Translations under genes and position numbers: made by a program
Assembly: GCA_965220085.1 (NCBI GenBank)
Contig: CBDCOZ010000003.1
Span: 1,963,667-2,027,666 of the forward strand
Direction of reading: 5' to 3'
Length of the DNA stretch: 64,000 nt
DNA from: Candidatus Oxydemutatoraceae bacterium
Lineage (GTDB): Bacteria; Pseudomonadota; Gammaproteobacteria; Poriferisulfidales; Oxydemutatoraceae
Shown here: positions 50,048 through 60,453 of the stretch, piece after piece
Numbering within the stretch: position 1 is the stretch's first letter
Layout: every line of letters begins with the position of its first letter
The notes under the pieces: generated by a model
What the model saw: only the letters and a program-made list of their open reading frames with translations
What the model was told of the DNA's origin: nothing
The model's database searches: none

Positions 50048-51441
50048 CCTCGCACATCAACAAAATGCCCCGCGACGGCGGCGGCGGCGGCCATCGCCGG
50101 GCTCACCAGATGGGTGCGCCCGCCTTGGCCCTGACGACCTTCAAAGTTGCGATTAGAAGTCGAGGCACAGCGCTCGCCTTTGGCTAAGCGATCGGCATTC
50201 ATTCCAAGGCACATGGAGCAACCCGGTTCGCGCCACTCAAACCCGGCATCCTTGAAAATCTTGTCAAGGCCTTCGTCTTCGGCCTGACGCTTAATCAGCC
50301 CGGAGCCCGGCACGACCATCGCCAGTTTGATACCGGGTGCGACTTTCTTGCCCTTAACGACCGTCGCTGCCGCCCGCAAATCTTCAATCCGCGAGTTCGT
50401 GCAGGAGCCGATAAACACCTTATCCAATACGATATCCTCAATCGCAGTCCCCGGCTCCAAGTCCATATAAGAAAGCGCTCGGCGCCAACTCTCCGATTGC
50501 ACCGGGTCTTTGGCCTCATCGGGCGATGGCACTCTGGCATCCACCGGCGCCACCATCTCCGGTGATGTGCCCCAACTGACCTGTGGGTAAATTGCACTTG
50601 CATCAAGCGACACTTCGCGGTCAAACACCGCGCCGTCATCGGAATGCAAGTCGCCCCACGCCTCCAATGCCTGCTGCCACATTGCGCCACTTGGCGCGTG
50701 AGGGCGGCCTTGCAAATACGCGGCGGTCGTATCATCAAACGCAACCATGCCGGCGCGCGCGCCCGCTTCTATCGTCATGTTGCAAACCGTCATCCTCTGC
50801 TCCATTGAAAAATTGCGGATGACATCACCGCCGTATTCAATCGCATAGCCGGCGCCGCCCGCCGTTCCGATTTTGCCGATGATGGCCAGAATGACATCCT
50901 TGGCGGTGACTCCGGACGGCAACTCGCCGTTCACCGTCACTCTCATATTGGCCAGTTTTTTCATCGCGAGGCATTGTGTCGCAAACACATGCTCGACATC
51001 CGATGTGCCGATGCCCAATGCAAACACCGCAAACGCGCCGTGGGTCGAAGTGTGCGAATCCCCGCAGACCAAAGTCATGCCGGGCAGTGTCGCACCTTGC
51101 TCAGGACCGATGATGTGCACGATGCCCTGACGGATATCATCCAGATAGTAATACTCCAGCGCGTTCTGCGAACAGTTGCGCGTCAAAGTCTCGACTTGGA
51201 TGCGCGATACCGGATCATCGATGCCGAGCGCGCGGTCGGTCGTCGGCACATTGTGGTCGGGCACGGCGATAATGGTGTCCTTGCGCCACAGCGTGCGGCC
51301 TGCAAGTGTCAAACCTTCAAACGCCTGCGGTGATGTAACCTCGTGAACGAGGTGACGGTCTATATAGATGAGGGTGTTGCCGTTCGCTTCTTCGTGGACG
51401 ACATGGTCCCTCCAGAGTTTGTCATAAAGCGTTAATGCCAT
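50038..51441 (-). CDS. leuC: 3-isopropylmalate dehydratase large subunit
   Basis: Aconitase-family Fe-S Cys ligands ([20 protein letters not shown]). Confidence 0.93.
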   Translation of the reverse strand: MALTLYDKLWRDHVVHEEANGNTLIYIDRHLVHEVTSPQAFEGLTLAGRTLWRKDTIIAVPDHNVPTTDRALGIDDPVSRIQVETLTRNCSQNALEYYYLDDIRQGIVHIIGPEQGATLPGMTLVCGDSHTSTHGAFAVFALGIGTSDVEHVFATQCLAMKKLANMRVTVNGELPSGVTAKDVILAIIGKIGTAGGAGYAIEYGGDVIRNFSMEQRMTVCNMTIEAGARAGMVAFDDTTAAYLQGRPHAPSGAMWQQALEAWGDLHSDDGAVFDREVSLDASAIYPQVSWGTSPEMVAPVDARVPSPDEAKDPVQSESWRRALSYMDLEPGTAIEDIVLDKVFIGSCTNSRIEDLRAAATVVKGKKVAPGIKLAMVVPGSGLIKRQAEDEGLDKIFKDAGFEWREPGCSMCLGMNADRLAKGERCASTSNRNFEGRQGQGGRTHLVSPAMAAAAAVAGHFVDVRGWE

Positions 51442-51521
51442 TGTGAAACCTTACCCTTCCTACGCTATGAATACGCTCGCCCGGGTAACCGGGCTTTGCT
51501 AACCGGTGTGCTTATAGGAGA

Positions 51522-51746
51522 TTAATGCGCATCCGGATTATAGAAAGCCGAATCAATGCGCTTCTTATGCGGCCAAAAAGTCATATCGGGGTGTTCTTCG
51601 TGAAGTTTTTCAGCGCGCGTTCGGGCCTCGCCATAGGTCATTTCTTCATCGTAATAACCGGCTTCAAATTTGTATTTGTATCGCCACCCGATAACGAAGC
51701 CGCGCTCATCATCCCGGTGGTGCAAAGTATCTTCCATCGTCGGCAC
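51522..51746 (-). CDS. Hypothetical small protein (74 aa)
   Basis: ORF only. Confidence 0.3.
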   Translation of the reverse strand: MPTMEDTLHHRDDERGFVIGWRYKYKFEAGYYDEEMTYGEARTRAEKLHEEHPDMTFWPHKKRIDSAFYNPDAH

Positions 51747-51802
51747 TATCGAAGTTCATTAATCATAACGCGTGAGGTGGCATGATAACACAACCGCGCG
51801 GA

Positions 51803-52867
51803 TTACCGCGATACAACGGCGCGCGGAGCGTACGCCATCAACAAGCGTTTGAGCACCCGGTGCGACAACTCATACGACAGAGGCGCATCGCTCCCGCCGC
51901 CGGGGTGTACCGTAACCAGCGTCTCGCCGTCGGTTTTTGCCAGCAAGCGCAACTGCAACAAGCGGCGCGCGGGGGCGGCGGGGGCGAAGGCGGGTTCGTC
52001 ATCGTACGCAATCAAATACACGCCCCGACTGCGGTCATCGCCGCGCACATCCATATTGTCGCGCCCGAGTACCGCCCCCAGACGCCGCCATACCCGGCTG
52101 TAGCGCTGCCCGATGACCAATACCGCAACGCCGCCGAGGTCCCTGATATCAAGCCGCGTTTTTATATCGCGCAACGAAGCCATCCGCGGCCCCGCCGCCT
52201 CGCGACCCGAAGCAAGGTGCGCCCTAAAGCGCATCAAGACTTGATACTCAAGGTCGGGGAACGGCGCCAGCAATTGCCACGCGTCGGCTTTGCGTCCGGC
52301 GTTTTGAGCGGCAAAAAATACATTTGTCACAGCGTCCGGCTCGCGCTCAACGCGCACATGCAAACGGGTGCGCAACGCAACAAACTCTTCTCCGGCATCC
52401 GATACGGGGAGCTTGCGGTCGCGCCAAGCGGTGACCATATACCCTTGTGTCGCATTGCTTTGCGCGATGGCAAAACCGTTCTTTTCCAGAAACTCGCCGA
52501 GCGACGGCCACAATGCGGCGGGGTCAACATCGACCGCCAGCCAACTCACATCGCCTTCGCGACGAACCTCCATGTCCAAGCGCGCGGGCAGAACATAGCT
52601 ATCAAACGCCGCGCCGACAGCGCTGACGCGACCGCTCTGCGGCACCATCAGGCTATCGGAATTATCGGGCAACGACAGATCGGGCGGCACCTCCAGCTCG
52701 CCCCCCTCGCCGCTGACAAACGCATCGCAACCGAGGGAAGCGACTTCCAAATCCTTATCCAACAGCGAGGCCCGATTCATGTTCAGACCGCACGCCGTTA
52801 ACAGCAACACACAAGAGACAGCGCAGCCAAACACAAAGGCATGTGATGCGCCCGCAAATTTGCGCAT
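51803..52867 (-). CDS. bamC: Outer-membrane protein assembly factor BamC (lipoprotein)
   Basis: Lipobox LLTAC. Positioned downstream of dapA with a TGATG overlap. Confidence 0.75.
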   Translation of the reverse strand: MRKFAGASHAFVFGCAVSCVLLLTACGLNMNRASLLDKDLEVASLGCDAFVSGEGGELEVPPDLSLPDNSDSLMVPQSGRVSAVGAAFDSYVLPARLDMEVRREGDVSWLAVDVDPAALWPSLGEFLEKNGFAIAQSNATQGYMVTAWRDRKLPVSDAGEEFVALRTRLHVRVEREPDAVTNVFFAAQNAGRKADAWQLLAPFPDLEYQVLMRFRAHLASGREAAGPRMASLRDIKTRLDIRDLGGVAVLVIGQRYSRVWRRLGAVLGRDNMDVRGDDRSRGVYLIAYDDEPAFAPAAPARRLLQLRLLAKTDGETLVTVHPGGGSDAPLSYELSHRVLKRLLMAYAPRAVVSR

Positions 52868-53742
52868 CAACTTACGCCCGCCTGTTTCATCGCATCGCGA
52901 ACCGCATCGTGATATTGCTCCGACAAGGGTGTCAGCGGCAAGCGGATGCCCGCGCCGATCAAACCCATCTCTTGCAACGCCCACTTGGCCGGAATCGGAT
53001 TGGACTCTGCAAACAACTGTTTGTGCAACCCTTGCAACTCGCCGTCCAATTCCCGAGCCCGCGCGGCATCCTTCGCCAGCGCCGCCTCACACATCCGGCT
53101 CATCTTCCGCGGCGCGACATTGGCCGTCACCGAGATCACCCCTTGCGCCCCCGCCAGCATCAACTCGGCCGCCGCCGCATCCTCGCCGCTATAGACCTCA
53201 AAACCCTCTTTGCAATGTCGCATAATTTCAATCCCTCGATCTGCCGTGCCGGTCGCCTCCTTGATACCGACAATCCCGGCGACCTCGCTTAAGCGCACAG
53301 CCGTCTCGGCGCGCATATCACAAGCGGTGCGTCCGGGCACGTTATACAGTATCTGCGGAATGGAAACCGCCTCGGCGATGTGCTTATGGTGCAGGTAGAG
53401 CCCCTCCTGCGTCGGCTTATTGTAATAGGGCGTGACCAAAAGACAGGCGTCGGCGCCGTGCTCTTTCGCGCAACGCGTCAACTCAACCGCTTCGCGCGTC
53501 GAATTCGCTCCGGTGCCGGCGATGACCGGAATACGTTTCGCCGCCCGCTCCGTCGCAAAACGAATCACCTCACAATGCTCGTCAAAATCCATCGTTGCGG
53601 ACTCGCCCGTCGTGCCCGCCGGCACCAGCGCATGCGCGCCGTTCTCAATATGGAACTCGATCAAGTCGGCAAATGTAGAGTAGTCTATTTCCCCATTCGG
53701 ATTCATCGGTGTAACCACCGCAACCATACTGCCGCGAAACAT
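52867..53742 (-). CDS. dapA: 4-hydroxy-tetrahydrodipicolinate synthase
   Basis: GSMVAVVTPM…AGTTGES, with an active-site Lys region. Confidence 0.93.
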   Translation of the reverse strand: MFRGSMVAVVTPMNPNGEIDYSTFADLIEFHIENGAHALVPAGTTGESATMDFDEHCEVIRFATERAAKRIPVIAGTGANSTREAVELTRCAKEHGADACLLVTPYYNKPTQEGLYLHHKHIAEAVSIPQILYNVPGRTACDMRAETAVRLSEVAGIVGIKEATGTADRGIEIMRHCKEGFEVYSGEDAAAAELMLAGAQGVISVTANVAPRKMSRMCEAALAKDAARARELDGELQGLHKQLFAESNPIPAKWALQEMGLIGAGIRLPLTPLSEQYHDAVRDAMKQAGVS

Positions 53743-53921
53743 TCCCGCATTCCCTCCGTTACTATAAAAAGTGTGATATCAGTGCCTATTCTACAATGTT
53801 AGCGATTCGTTTCCCACAATAAATAGCGCGCCGCTCGGGCAATCGCATAAAAACGGCAACGGACACCTTGTTATCGTGCTAGAATCATACTCCCGATAAA
53901 CTTAAACATGCAATAGAACAA

Positions 53922-54389
53922 ATGGCAAAAGCAACCCTTGACAAAAAAGTCCCCGACTTTACATTGCCCGCCACCGGCGGCAAAGACATTTCTCTGTCCG
54001 ACTTCAAAGGAGACAAACTCGTCGTCTACTTTTACCCAAAAGACAACACGCCCGGTTGTACGATGGAAAGCAAAGACTTCCGCGATTTGGCGCGCAGCTT
54101 TTCGCGCTGCGGCACAAAGATCGTCGGCGTATCGCGCGACAGCATCAAATCGCATGAAAAATTCAAAGAAGGAAAGAAGTTGCCCTTTCCGTTGCTATCG
54201 GATGCGGACGAAGCAGCCTGCGAGATATTTGATGTCATCAAACAAAAAACAATGTTCGGGCGCAAAGTGTTCGGAATTCAGCGCAGCACATTTTTGATAG
54301 ACGGCAAAGGGTATCTGAGAAAGGAATGGCGCAAAGTCAAAGTGAGCGGTCATGCCGAAGAAGTGCTGGCCGCCGCCAAGGAGCTATAA
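53922..54389 (+). CDS. bcp: Peroxiredoxin Bcp
   Basis: FYPKDNTPGCT peroxidatic Cys motif. Confidence 0.9.
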   Translation: MAKATLDKKVPDFTLPATGGKDISLSDFKGDKLVVYFYPKDNTPGCTMESKDFRDLARSFSRCGTKIVGVSRDSIKSHEKFKEGKKLPFPLLSDADEAACEIFDVIKQKTMFGRKVFGIQRSTFLIDGKGYLRKEWRKVKVSGHAEEVLAAAKEL

Positions 54390-54646
54390 ACCCGCCGGTC
54401 AACTATCCGGCGAACGCAGGGAATGACATGCCGGACTCGCCTGAGCAACAACGGAAGTCGTTGTAAAACGGCGACGTTTAATCGCTATTTTCGCGCATGT
54501 GACGCACGCAATATTCGCCCCGCGCGGGAGTCGGCAAAACTGCGCTATGCCGGCGAGAGGGAGTGTTGTCGGTGAAGCACGCTCCCCCTGCCGGCGCGAA
54601 CAAGATACGGCGCAGTCCTAAGCGAAGAGTCACATAAGCGCCGCTA

Positions 54647-55675
54647 TCAAAGTGCAACTATCAAAGCCGCTAATGCAAGTACGGCTGCTACAAGCCACTT
54701 TACCATGTCTGCGCGATGTTCAGCCAACTCAGCTCTCAACTCTTCTTTGGTCACCAGATTGTCTAAGTCTTCTTTGGTCGCCATATTGGCCAACTCAGCT
54801 CTCAACTCTTCTTTGGTCACCAGATTGTTTAAGTCTTCTTTGGTTGCCAGATTGTTTAAGTCTTCTTTGGTTGCCAGATTGTTTAAGTCTTCTTTGGTCG
54901 CTGAATTAGCCACCTTTTCTTCCAACCGCTTTAAGTCTTCTTTGGTCGCTGAATTGGTTACCGCTTCTCTCAACTGATCCAATGCTTCTTTCACCGCTGA
55001 CTCAGACTTGTTAAACTCCGCTTTCAACTTGGCCAATGCTTCTTTCGTCGCTGACTCAAACTTGTGAAACTCTTCTTTGGTCACTGTATTGGCTAACCCG
55101 GCTCTCAACTGATTCAATGCTTCTTTCGTCGCTGACTCAGACTTGTCAAACTCTTTTTGGGTCACCGAATTGGCTGCCGCTTCTCTCAACTGATTCAATG
55201 CTTCTTTCATCGCTGACTCAGACTTGTCAAACTCTTTTTGGGTCACCGAATTGGCTGCCGCTTCTCTCAACTGATTCAATGCCTCTTCGATCGCCGACTT
55301 GAACTCGGCAAACTCCGCTCTCAACTGATTCAATGCTCCTTCAATCGCTGACTTGAATTCGGCAAACTCTTCTTTCGTCACGGAATTGGCAAACTCTTCT
55401 TTCAACTTGGCCAATGCCTCTTTCATCGCTAACTCAAACTGGGTTAACTCTTCTTGGGTCGCTAACTTGGCCAATGCTTTTTTCATCGCTAACTCAAACT
55501 CGGCAAATTCGCCTTTCGTCATCAAAGCGCTCAAGTGTTTGCGCAACACTGCCAATTGCTCGTTGGCAATCGCGTGTGCTTTTTGTTCGTCAAAGCCTGC
55601 GCCAGTCAAGTTATCGACGGGCTCATAAGCAACCCCCGCCGTATCTTTTACTTTTAAGTTTTTAGGTTTTTTCAT
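54647..55675 (-). CDS. Coiled-coil, C-terminally TM-anchored protein (DUF1640-like, tentative), paralog 2
   Basis: GGGAGG RBS, start MKKPKNLKV. EF(A/K)EFKSA(I/L)EEAL and ATKEDLNNL repeats. C-terminal MVKWLVAAVLALAALIVAL. Confidence 0.7.
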   Translation of the reverse strand: MKKPKNLKVKDTAGVAYEPVDNLTGAGFDEQKAHAIANEQLAVLRKHLSALMTKGEFAEFELAMKKALAKLATQEELTQFELAMKEALAKLKEEFANSVTKEEFAEFKSAIEGALNQLRAEFAEFKSAIEEALNQLREAAANSVTQKEFDKSESAMKEALNQLREAAANSVTQKEFDKSESATKEALNQLRAGLANTVTKEEFHKFESATKEALAKLKAEFNKSESAVKEALDQLREAVTNSATKEDLKRLEEKVANSATKEDLNNLATKEDLNNLATKEDLNNLVTKEELRAELANMATKEDLDNLVTKEELRAELAEHRADMVKWLVAAVLALAALIVAL

Positions 55676-56000
55676 AATTATTGCGCCTCCCGGTCGCATC
55701 ATAACACTAATTAAAATCTATGATCAATAGCCTCGTGCCGGATAGTAACACTACTTTAGGAGCTGCAGTCAAGCGAATAGGACAGGCGGTTATAGATCAT
55801 CAGACGAACGGTCTAAAAGAAGCATTTGCGCGAGCGCCGTCATGACGCTTCCCTCGCCGAGAGAGTCGCAGAGTCCGCTATGACTCCCAACTTTTTTTGA
55901 AAGTCGCAGAGTCCGAACCACAAGCGCCGGACGATGCAGCGAGGGAGTGTTGTCGGTGAAGCACACTCCCCTGCCGGCGCGAACAAGATACGGCGCAGTC

Positions 56001-57077
56001 CTAAGCGAAGAGTGTAATCAATGTGGCTATCGCTGTAACAATCACAGCCGCTAATGCAAGTGCGGTTGCTACAAACCACTTTATCATTTCTGCGCGATGT
56101 TCAGCCAACTCAGCTCTCAACTCTTCTTTGGTCACCAGATTGTCTAAGTCTTCTTTGGTCGCCATATTGGCTACCTTTTCTTCCAACCGCTTTAAGTCTT
56201 CTTTGGTCGCCAGATTGTTTAAGTCTTCTTTGGTCGCTGAATTGGTTACCGCTTCTCTCAACTGATCCAATGCTTCTTTCACCGCTGACTCAGACTTGTT
56301 AAACTCCGCTTTCAACTTGGCCAATGCTTCTTTCGTCGCTGACTCAAACTTGTGAAACTCTTCTTTGGTCACTGTATTGGCTAACCCGGCTCTCAACTGA
56401 TTCAATGCTTCTTTCGTCGCTGACTCAGACTTGTCAAACTCTTTTTGGGTCACCGAATTGGCTGCCGCTTCTCTCAACTGATTCAATGCCTCTTCGATCG
56501 CCGACTTGAACTCGGCAAACTCCGCTCTCAACTGATTCAATGCTCCTTCAATCGCTGACTTGAACTCGGCAAACTCTTCTTTAGTGACCGAATTAGCAAA
56601 CTCCGCTTTCAACTGATTCAACGCTTCTTCGATCGCCGACTTGAACTCGGCAAACTCTTCTTTCGTCACCGAATTGGCTGCCGCTTCTTTCAACTTGGCC
56701 AATTCTTCTTCGGTCGCCGATTCAAACTTGGAAAATGCTTCTTCGAGCGCCGACTTGAATTCGGCAAACTCTTCTTTCGTCACGGAATTGGCAAACTCTT
56801 CTTTCAACTTGGCCAATGCCTCTTTCATCGCTAACTCAAACTGGGTTAACTCTTCTTGGGTCGCTAACTTGGCCAATGCTTTTTTCATCGCTAACTCAAA
56901 CTCGGCAAATTCGCCTTTCGTCATCAAAGCGCTCAAGTGTTTGTGCAACACTGCCAATTGCTCGTTGGCAATCGCGTGTGCTTTTTGTTCGTCAAAGCCT
57001 GCGGCGGTCAAGTTCTCGACGGGGTCATAAGCAACCGCCGCCGCATCTTCTACTTTTAGGGTTTTGGATTTTTTCAT
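56001..57077 (-). CDS. Coiled-coil, C-terminally TM-anchored protein (DUF1640-like, tentative), paralog 3
   Basis: Same leader, MKKSKTLKV, the same repeats and a C-terminal TM helix. About 300 nt of upstream DNA is shared with paralog 2. Confidence 0.7.
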   Translation of the reverse strand: MKKSKTLKVEDAAAVAYDPVENLTAAGFDEQKAHAIANEQLAVLHKHLSALMTKGEFAEFELAMKKALAKLATQEELTQFELAMKEALAKLKEEFANSVTKEEFAEFKSALEEAFSKFESATEEELAKLKEAAANSVTKEEFAEFKSAIEEALNQLKAEFANSVTKEEFAEFKSAIEGALNQLRAEFAEFKSAIEEALNQLREAAANSVTQKEFDKSESATKEALNQLRAGLANTVTKEEFHKFESATKEALAKLKAEFNKSESAVKEALDQLREAVTNSATKEDLNNLATKEDLKRLEEKVANMATKEDLDNLVTKEELRAELAEHRAEMIKWFVATALALAAVIVTAIATLITLFA

Positions 57078-57416
57078 AATCATTGCGCCTCCCGGTCGCA
57101 TAATAACACTAATTAAAATCTATGATCAATAGCCTCGTGCCGGATAGTAACACTACTTTAGGAGCTACAGTCAAGTGAATAGGACAGGCGGTGTAGATTA
57201 TCAGACGAACGGTCTAAAAGAAGCATTTGCGCGAGCGCCGTCATGGCGCTTCCCTCGCCGAGAGAGTCGCAGAGTCCGCTATGACTCCCAACTTTTTTTG
57301 AGAGTCGCAGAGTCCGAGTCACAAGCGCCGGATGATGCGGCGAGGAGAAAGTTCCATGCTCGCACTAACCACACTCCTCCCTCTTCGCTACGGTGAAGCA
57401 ATGGCGGTAGCCCCCG

Positions 57417-58292
57417 CTACCGCAACGGGCCTTCCAGGAAAAGGCGCAAGCGCAGGCGCACCTCAGGCACCAGATTGGCCTCTGTCACCCGATGACCCGC
57501 GCTACACAGCGACCCTTCCAGCCCTTCCTGTGCGGGCGTGTCATGCTGATCCATGAAAGAAACGCAGGCGCGCACATACCTGCCCACTTGGGCGGCACGC
57601 GGTGCGAAGAAGTCGGAAGAAGCGGCGTCCGCTATGTCGCTATAGGCGCTGTCCGCGGGGGTGTCGGCGCCGCCGGGCGGTGCGTCGGCCTGTTGCCACT
57701 GCCAACTCAGGGTGTCGACATCAATGCCGTTGCGATCCGTCACACCGGCGATGGAAGCTGTGATTCCGGCCGCGGCGGTGATTGTGGGCGCGCCGGCGGC
57801 GGCCGTCTGCGTGGATGCGCTCACCAGATTGATGGTCATGGTGACGATGTCAGATACTTGCTTATCAGGGCCGGAAGTAAGGACACCCACACCGACAGTC
57901 AGACGGTAGGTGAAACTGTCATAACTATTGGTGACAGAGATGGCAGCGGTGGACGGAGTGTATACAATATGGCCCTGATCCAGTTGAATTACAGATGATA
58001 TATTATTAGGGCGAGCAGGAAAAGCGGAGACTACCCTATTTTTTAAAGTGCCGTGTTCGGTGTCGGATTCAATGTGAAGCCCCCCTAGCAAGTCGCCATC
58101 CGCATCCTCGAAAGGAAAATCAGCGACTCTGAACGTGTAACTGCTGCCAATAACGACAGCAACGCTGGCATCCCGAACCATGATGGGAGCCGCATAAGCG
58201 CACGTTACGCCCAATGCCCAGAAGGACAGCGCAAGGCATGTGGCGGTTATCCGGCGATTGCGAGGGGTAGTATCAAAAATTTGTCGTTTCAT
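57417..58292 (-). CDS. Secreted Ig/cadherin-like protein, family member B (subfamily 1). Ends in RLRLRLFLEGPLR.
   Basis: AGGAGAAATACT-ATG, signal peptide MKRQIFDTTPRNRRITATCLALSFWALGVTCAYA, and the conserved C-terminal ~150 aa. Confidence 0.75.
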   Translation of the reverse strand: MKRQIFDTTPRNRRITATCLALSFWALGVTCAYAAPIMVRDASVAVVIGSSYTFRVADFPFEDADGDLLGGLHIESDTEHGTLKNRVVSAFPARPNNISSVIQLDQGHIVYTPSTAAISVTNSYDSFTYRLTVGVGVLTSGPDKQVSDIVTMTINLVSASTQTAAAGAPTITAAAGITASIAGVTDRNGIDVDTLSWQWQQADAPPGGADTPADSAYSDIADAASSDFFAPRAAQVGRYVRACVSFMDQHDTPAQEGLEGSLCSAGHRVTEANLVPEVRLRLRLFLEGPLR

Positions 58293-58382
58293 AGTATTTC
58301 TCCTAATGGTTTGTATTTCGTAAATGCGGTTGCGCAATGAGCGCTTCCGCCCCAAAGACATCCGCAAGCAATTCAAGAAGCC

Positions 58383-58461
58383 ACAAACAACGAATCGAAG
58401 ATACACAAACAACGAATCGAAGATACACAAACAACGAATCGAAGATACACAAACAACGAAG
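58383..58461. repeat. 22-nt tandem repeat of about 3.6 copies (ACAAACAACGAATCGAAGATAC)
   Basis: Seen directly. Lies within a ~210-bp insertion into the otherwise conserved B/C boundary. Confidence 0.95.
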
Positions 58462-58468
58462 TTGTTTG

Positions 58469-58533
58469 TGCTCTCATCACTGTGCTCTCATCACTGTGCT
58501 CTCATCACTGTGCTCTCATCACTGTGCCTCATC
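58469..58533. repeat. 14-nt tandem repeat of about 4.6 copies (TGCTCTCATCACTG)
   Basis: Seen directly. Adjacent to the 22-mer array, upstream of gene B's leader. Confidence 0.95.
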
Positions 58534-58647
58534 AAGCGTTGTTTGTGCACATAACTCACAAAGCGCAAGTCATCCACAAGTATCCTGATATCCTGTCTCA
58601 TCCTCGCGCGCCTCATAACACTCTCCTTCTCATCGCAGTTACTCGCA

Positions 58648-60312
58648 TTACCGCAGCGGGCCTTCCAGGAAAAGGCGCAAGCGCAAGCGCAACTCGCGCA
58701 CCAGATTGGCCTCTGTCACCAGAACGCCCGCGCTGCACAGCGGCCCTTCCTGTTCCGGCATGGCAAGTTCATCCATGAAAGAAACGCAGGCGCGCACATA
58801 CTTGCCCACTTGTTCGGCCTGCGGTGCGAAGAAGTCGGAAGAAGGCGCGTCCGCTATGTCGCCGTAGTTGCCCATGGGGGTGTCGGCCTGTTGCCACTGC
58901 CATTGCAAGGTGCCGACATCGATGCCGTTGACATCCGTCACCCCGTCGATGGAAGCCCTGATTCCGGCCGCAGCGGTGATGGTGGGCGTGCCGGTGGCCG
59001 CCGTCGGGATCGTCGCAACGTCAACACAGTTCGGATATTCGCCGATATGCGAGACCAAATTGCAGGCGCATTCCGTCGCGCCGTTCGGATTCGCCGCCGC
59101 CGGTGTCGCGCCCTCCCCGCAGTTGAAAACATACGGCTGCCGAACCGGGATCATGGCAAACGCCGCGGTAATCAATCCGGGCAACGCCGCAAAACGCGCC
59201 GCCTGAGTTACCCCGCTTGCGTCAAAATCAAAAGGAATCGCGTTGTCTGTGAAGAACACTTTCTCCAGCACCGAAACGACAATGGTTATATTATTAGCGT
59301 CGGAGTTGGCCTCTATGTTAGCAAGCGGGCCGGCAAGGTAGTCCGAGGCCGAGTCGCCTTCGTATCGCGCCAAAACCGCATCCCGATAAACGCCCGCCGC
59401 GGTTTTGATATGCGCGGGATTTGCGGCATCGGCGGCAATGGCGTTAAAGCCGTTAAAAAGACTTTGCACCAGCGGCGGAGGCGCTGCGTCGGGAAAGGCG
59501 TATTCCGCGCCGAACACATCGGCGCACCGCGGCGCACTCTCGCCAAAAAAGCAACCGTCATAATCCGTCCCGCCCGAAGTCAGCGGGATTTCGCATTGGG
59601 GGGCGGCGGTGGCGGTGGAAATATCCCACCCTTCGCGTATGCATGCGCGAGCCCCCTCCCGTTGGCCGCGGGTCAAAGTCGGCATGGCAACACAGTTCGG
59701 CCATACGCCGATGTACGGGTCCGAACCGCAGGAGCACTCGGTTTCGCCGTTCAGGTTATGGTCCGGCGGATAACCGCCGGGGACGTTTCCGTTTTGGTCG
59801 CAGTTTGCAATAAAAACATCGGTGCCGGCGACCTGGGGGCGGACGGTGGGATGGTCTTCCGCCTTCGGAAAAACCGGCGGGTCGCCATACATGAGTGCGC
59901 AGGAAACATTGGCGACTGTGCTTCCCCGAGCAATGTAGCAACTATCAGCGGCGGCACGGTCTAATCCTGATGTTCCCGTCCACAATACGGAGGGAATCAT
60001 ACAAGCCAGATGTCCCGAACCATACAACGCCACCGCTTCGCGTCCGTCCCATCCCGCTTCTTCGCAGTCGTCCAGAATTGAGATCAAGGCGTTGTCAAAG
60101 CATCCGGTGTTTCTCTCCTCAGCGACGTGGGGGGAAGTGACTCGGGTTTGCCCTTCGGAGCAGATAGTTTGGCAAATGCCGCGAACATTTTCCTGTCCTG
60201 CCGGACACATCGTTTGCGCTTGCGCGCTGTTTGCGACGAGCGCGAAAGTGATTGCCGCGCAAATCCCGCAAATTTTAAGGAGGGCGGCAGTATTAATAAG
60301 TTGTCGTTTCAT
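58648..60312 (-). CDS. Secreted Cys-rich / Ig-like protein, family member C. Ends in RLRLRLFLEGPLR.
   Basis: The same leader, MKRQLINT and a signal peptide. A unique Cys-rich body. The conserved C-terminal module (TPTITAAAGIRASIDGVTDVNGIDVGTLQWQWQQAD…). Confidence 0.75.
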   Translation of the reverse strand: MKRQLINTAALLKICGICAAITFALVANSAQAQTMCPAGQENVRGICQTICSEGQTRVTSPHVAEERNTGCFDNALISILDDCEEAGWDGREAVALYGSGHLACMIPSVLWTGTSGLDRAAADSCYIARGSTVANVSCALMYGDPPVFPKAEDHPTVRPQVAGTDVFIANCDQNGNVPGGYPPDHNLNGETECSCGSDPYIGVWPNCVAMPTLTRGQREGARACIREGWDISTATAAPQCEIPLTSGGTDYDGCFFGESAPRCADVFGAEYAFPDAAPPPLVQSLFNGFNAIAADAANPAHIKTAAGVYRDAVLARYEGDSASDYLAGPLANIEANSDANNITIVVSVLEKVFFTDNAIPFDFDASGVTQAARFAALPGLITAAFAMIPVRQPYVFNCGEGATPAAANPNGATECACNLVSHIGEYPNCVDVATIPTAATGTPTITAAAGIRASIDGVTDVNGIDVGTLQWQWQQADTPMGNYGDIADAPSSDFFAPQAEQVGKYVRACVSFMDELAMPEQEGPLCSAGVLVTEANLVRELRLRLRLFLEGPLR

Positions 60313-60453
60313 AGTATTTCTCCCGATGGTTTGTGATTCGCGAACGCGGTTGCGCAATGAGCGCTTCCGCCCCAAAGACATCCGCAAGTATCTCCGTATC
60401 CTGTCTCATCCTCGCGCGCCTCATAACACTCTCCTTTTCCGTAGTTACTCGCA
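60313..60453 (-). promoter_or_regulatory. Conserved ~140-bp cassette boundary (3' tail downstream region plus 5' leader with RBS), D/C junction
   Basis: Near-identical to 61750–61893 and 62736–62875. Confidence 0.6.
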
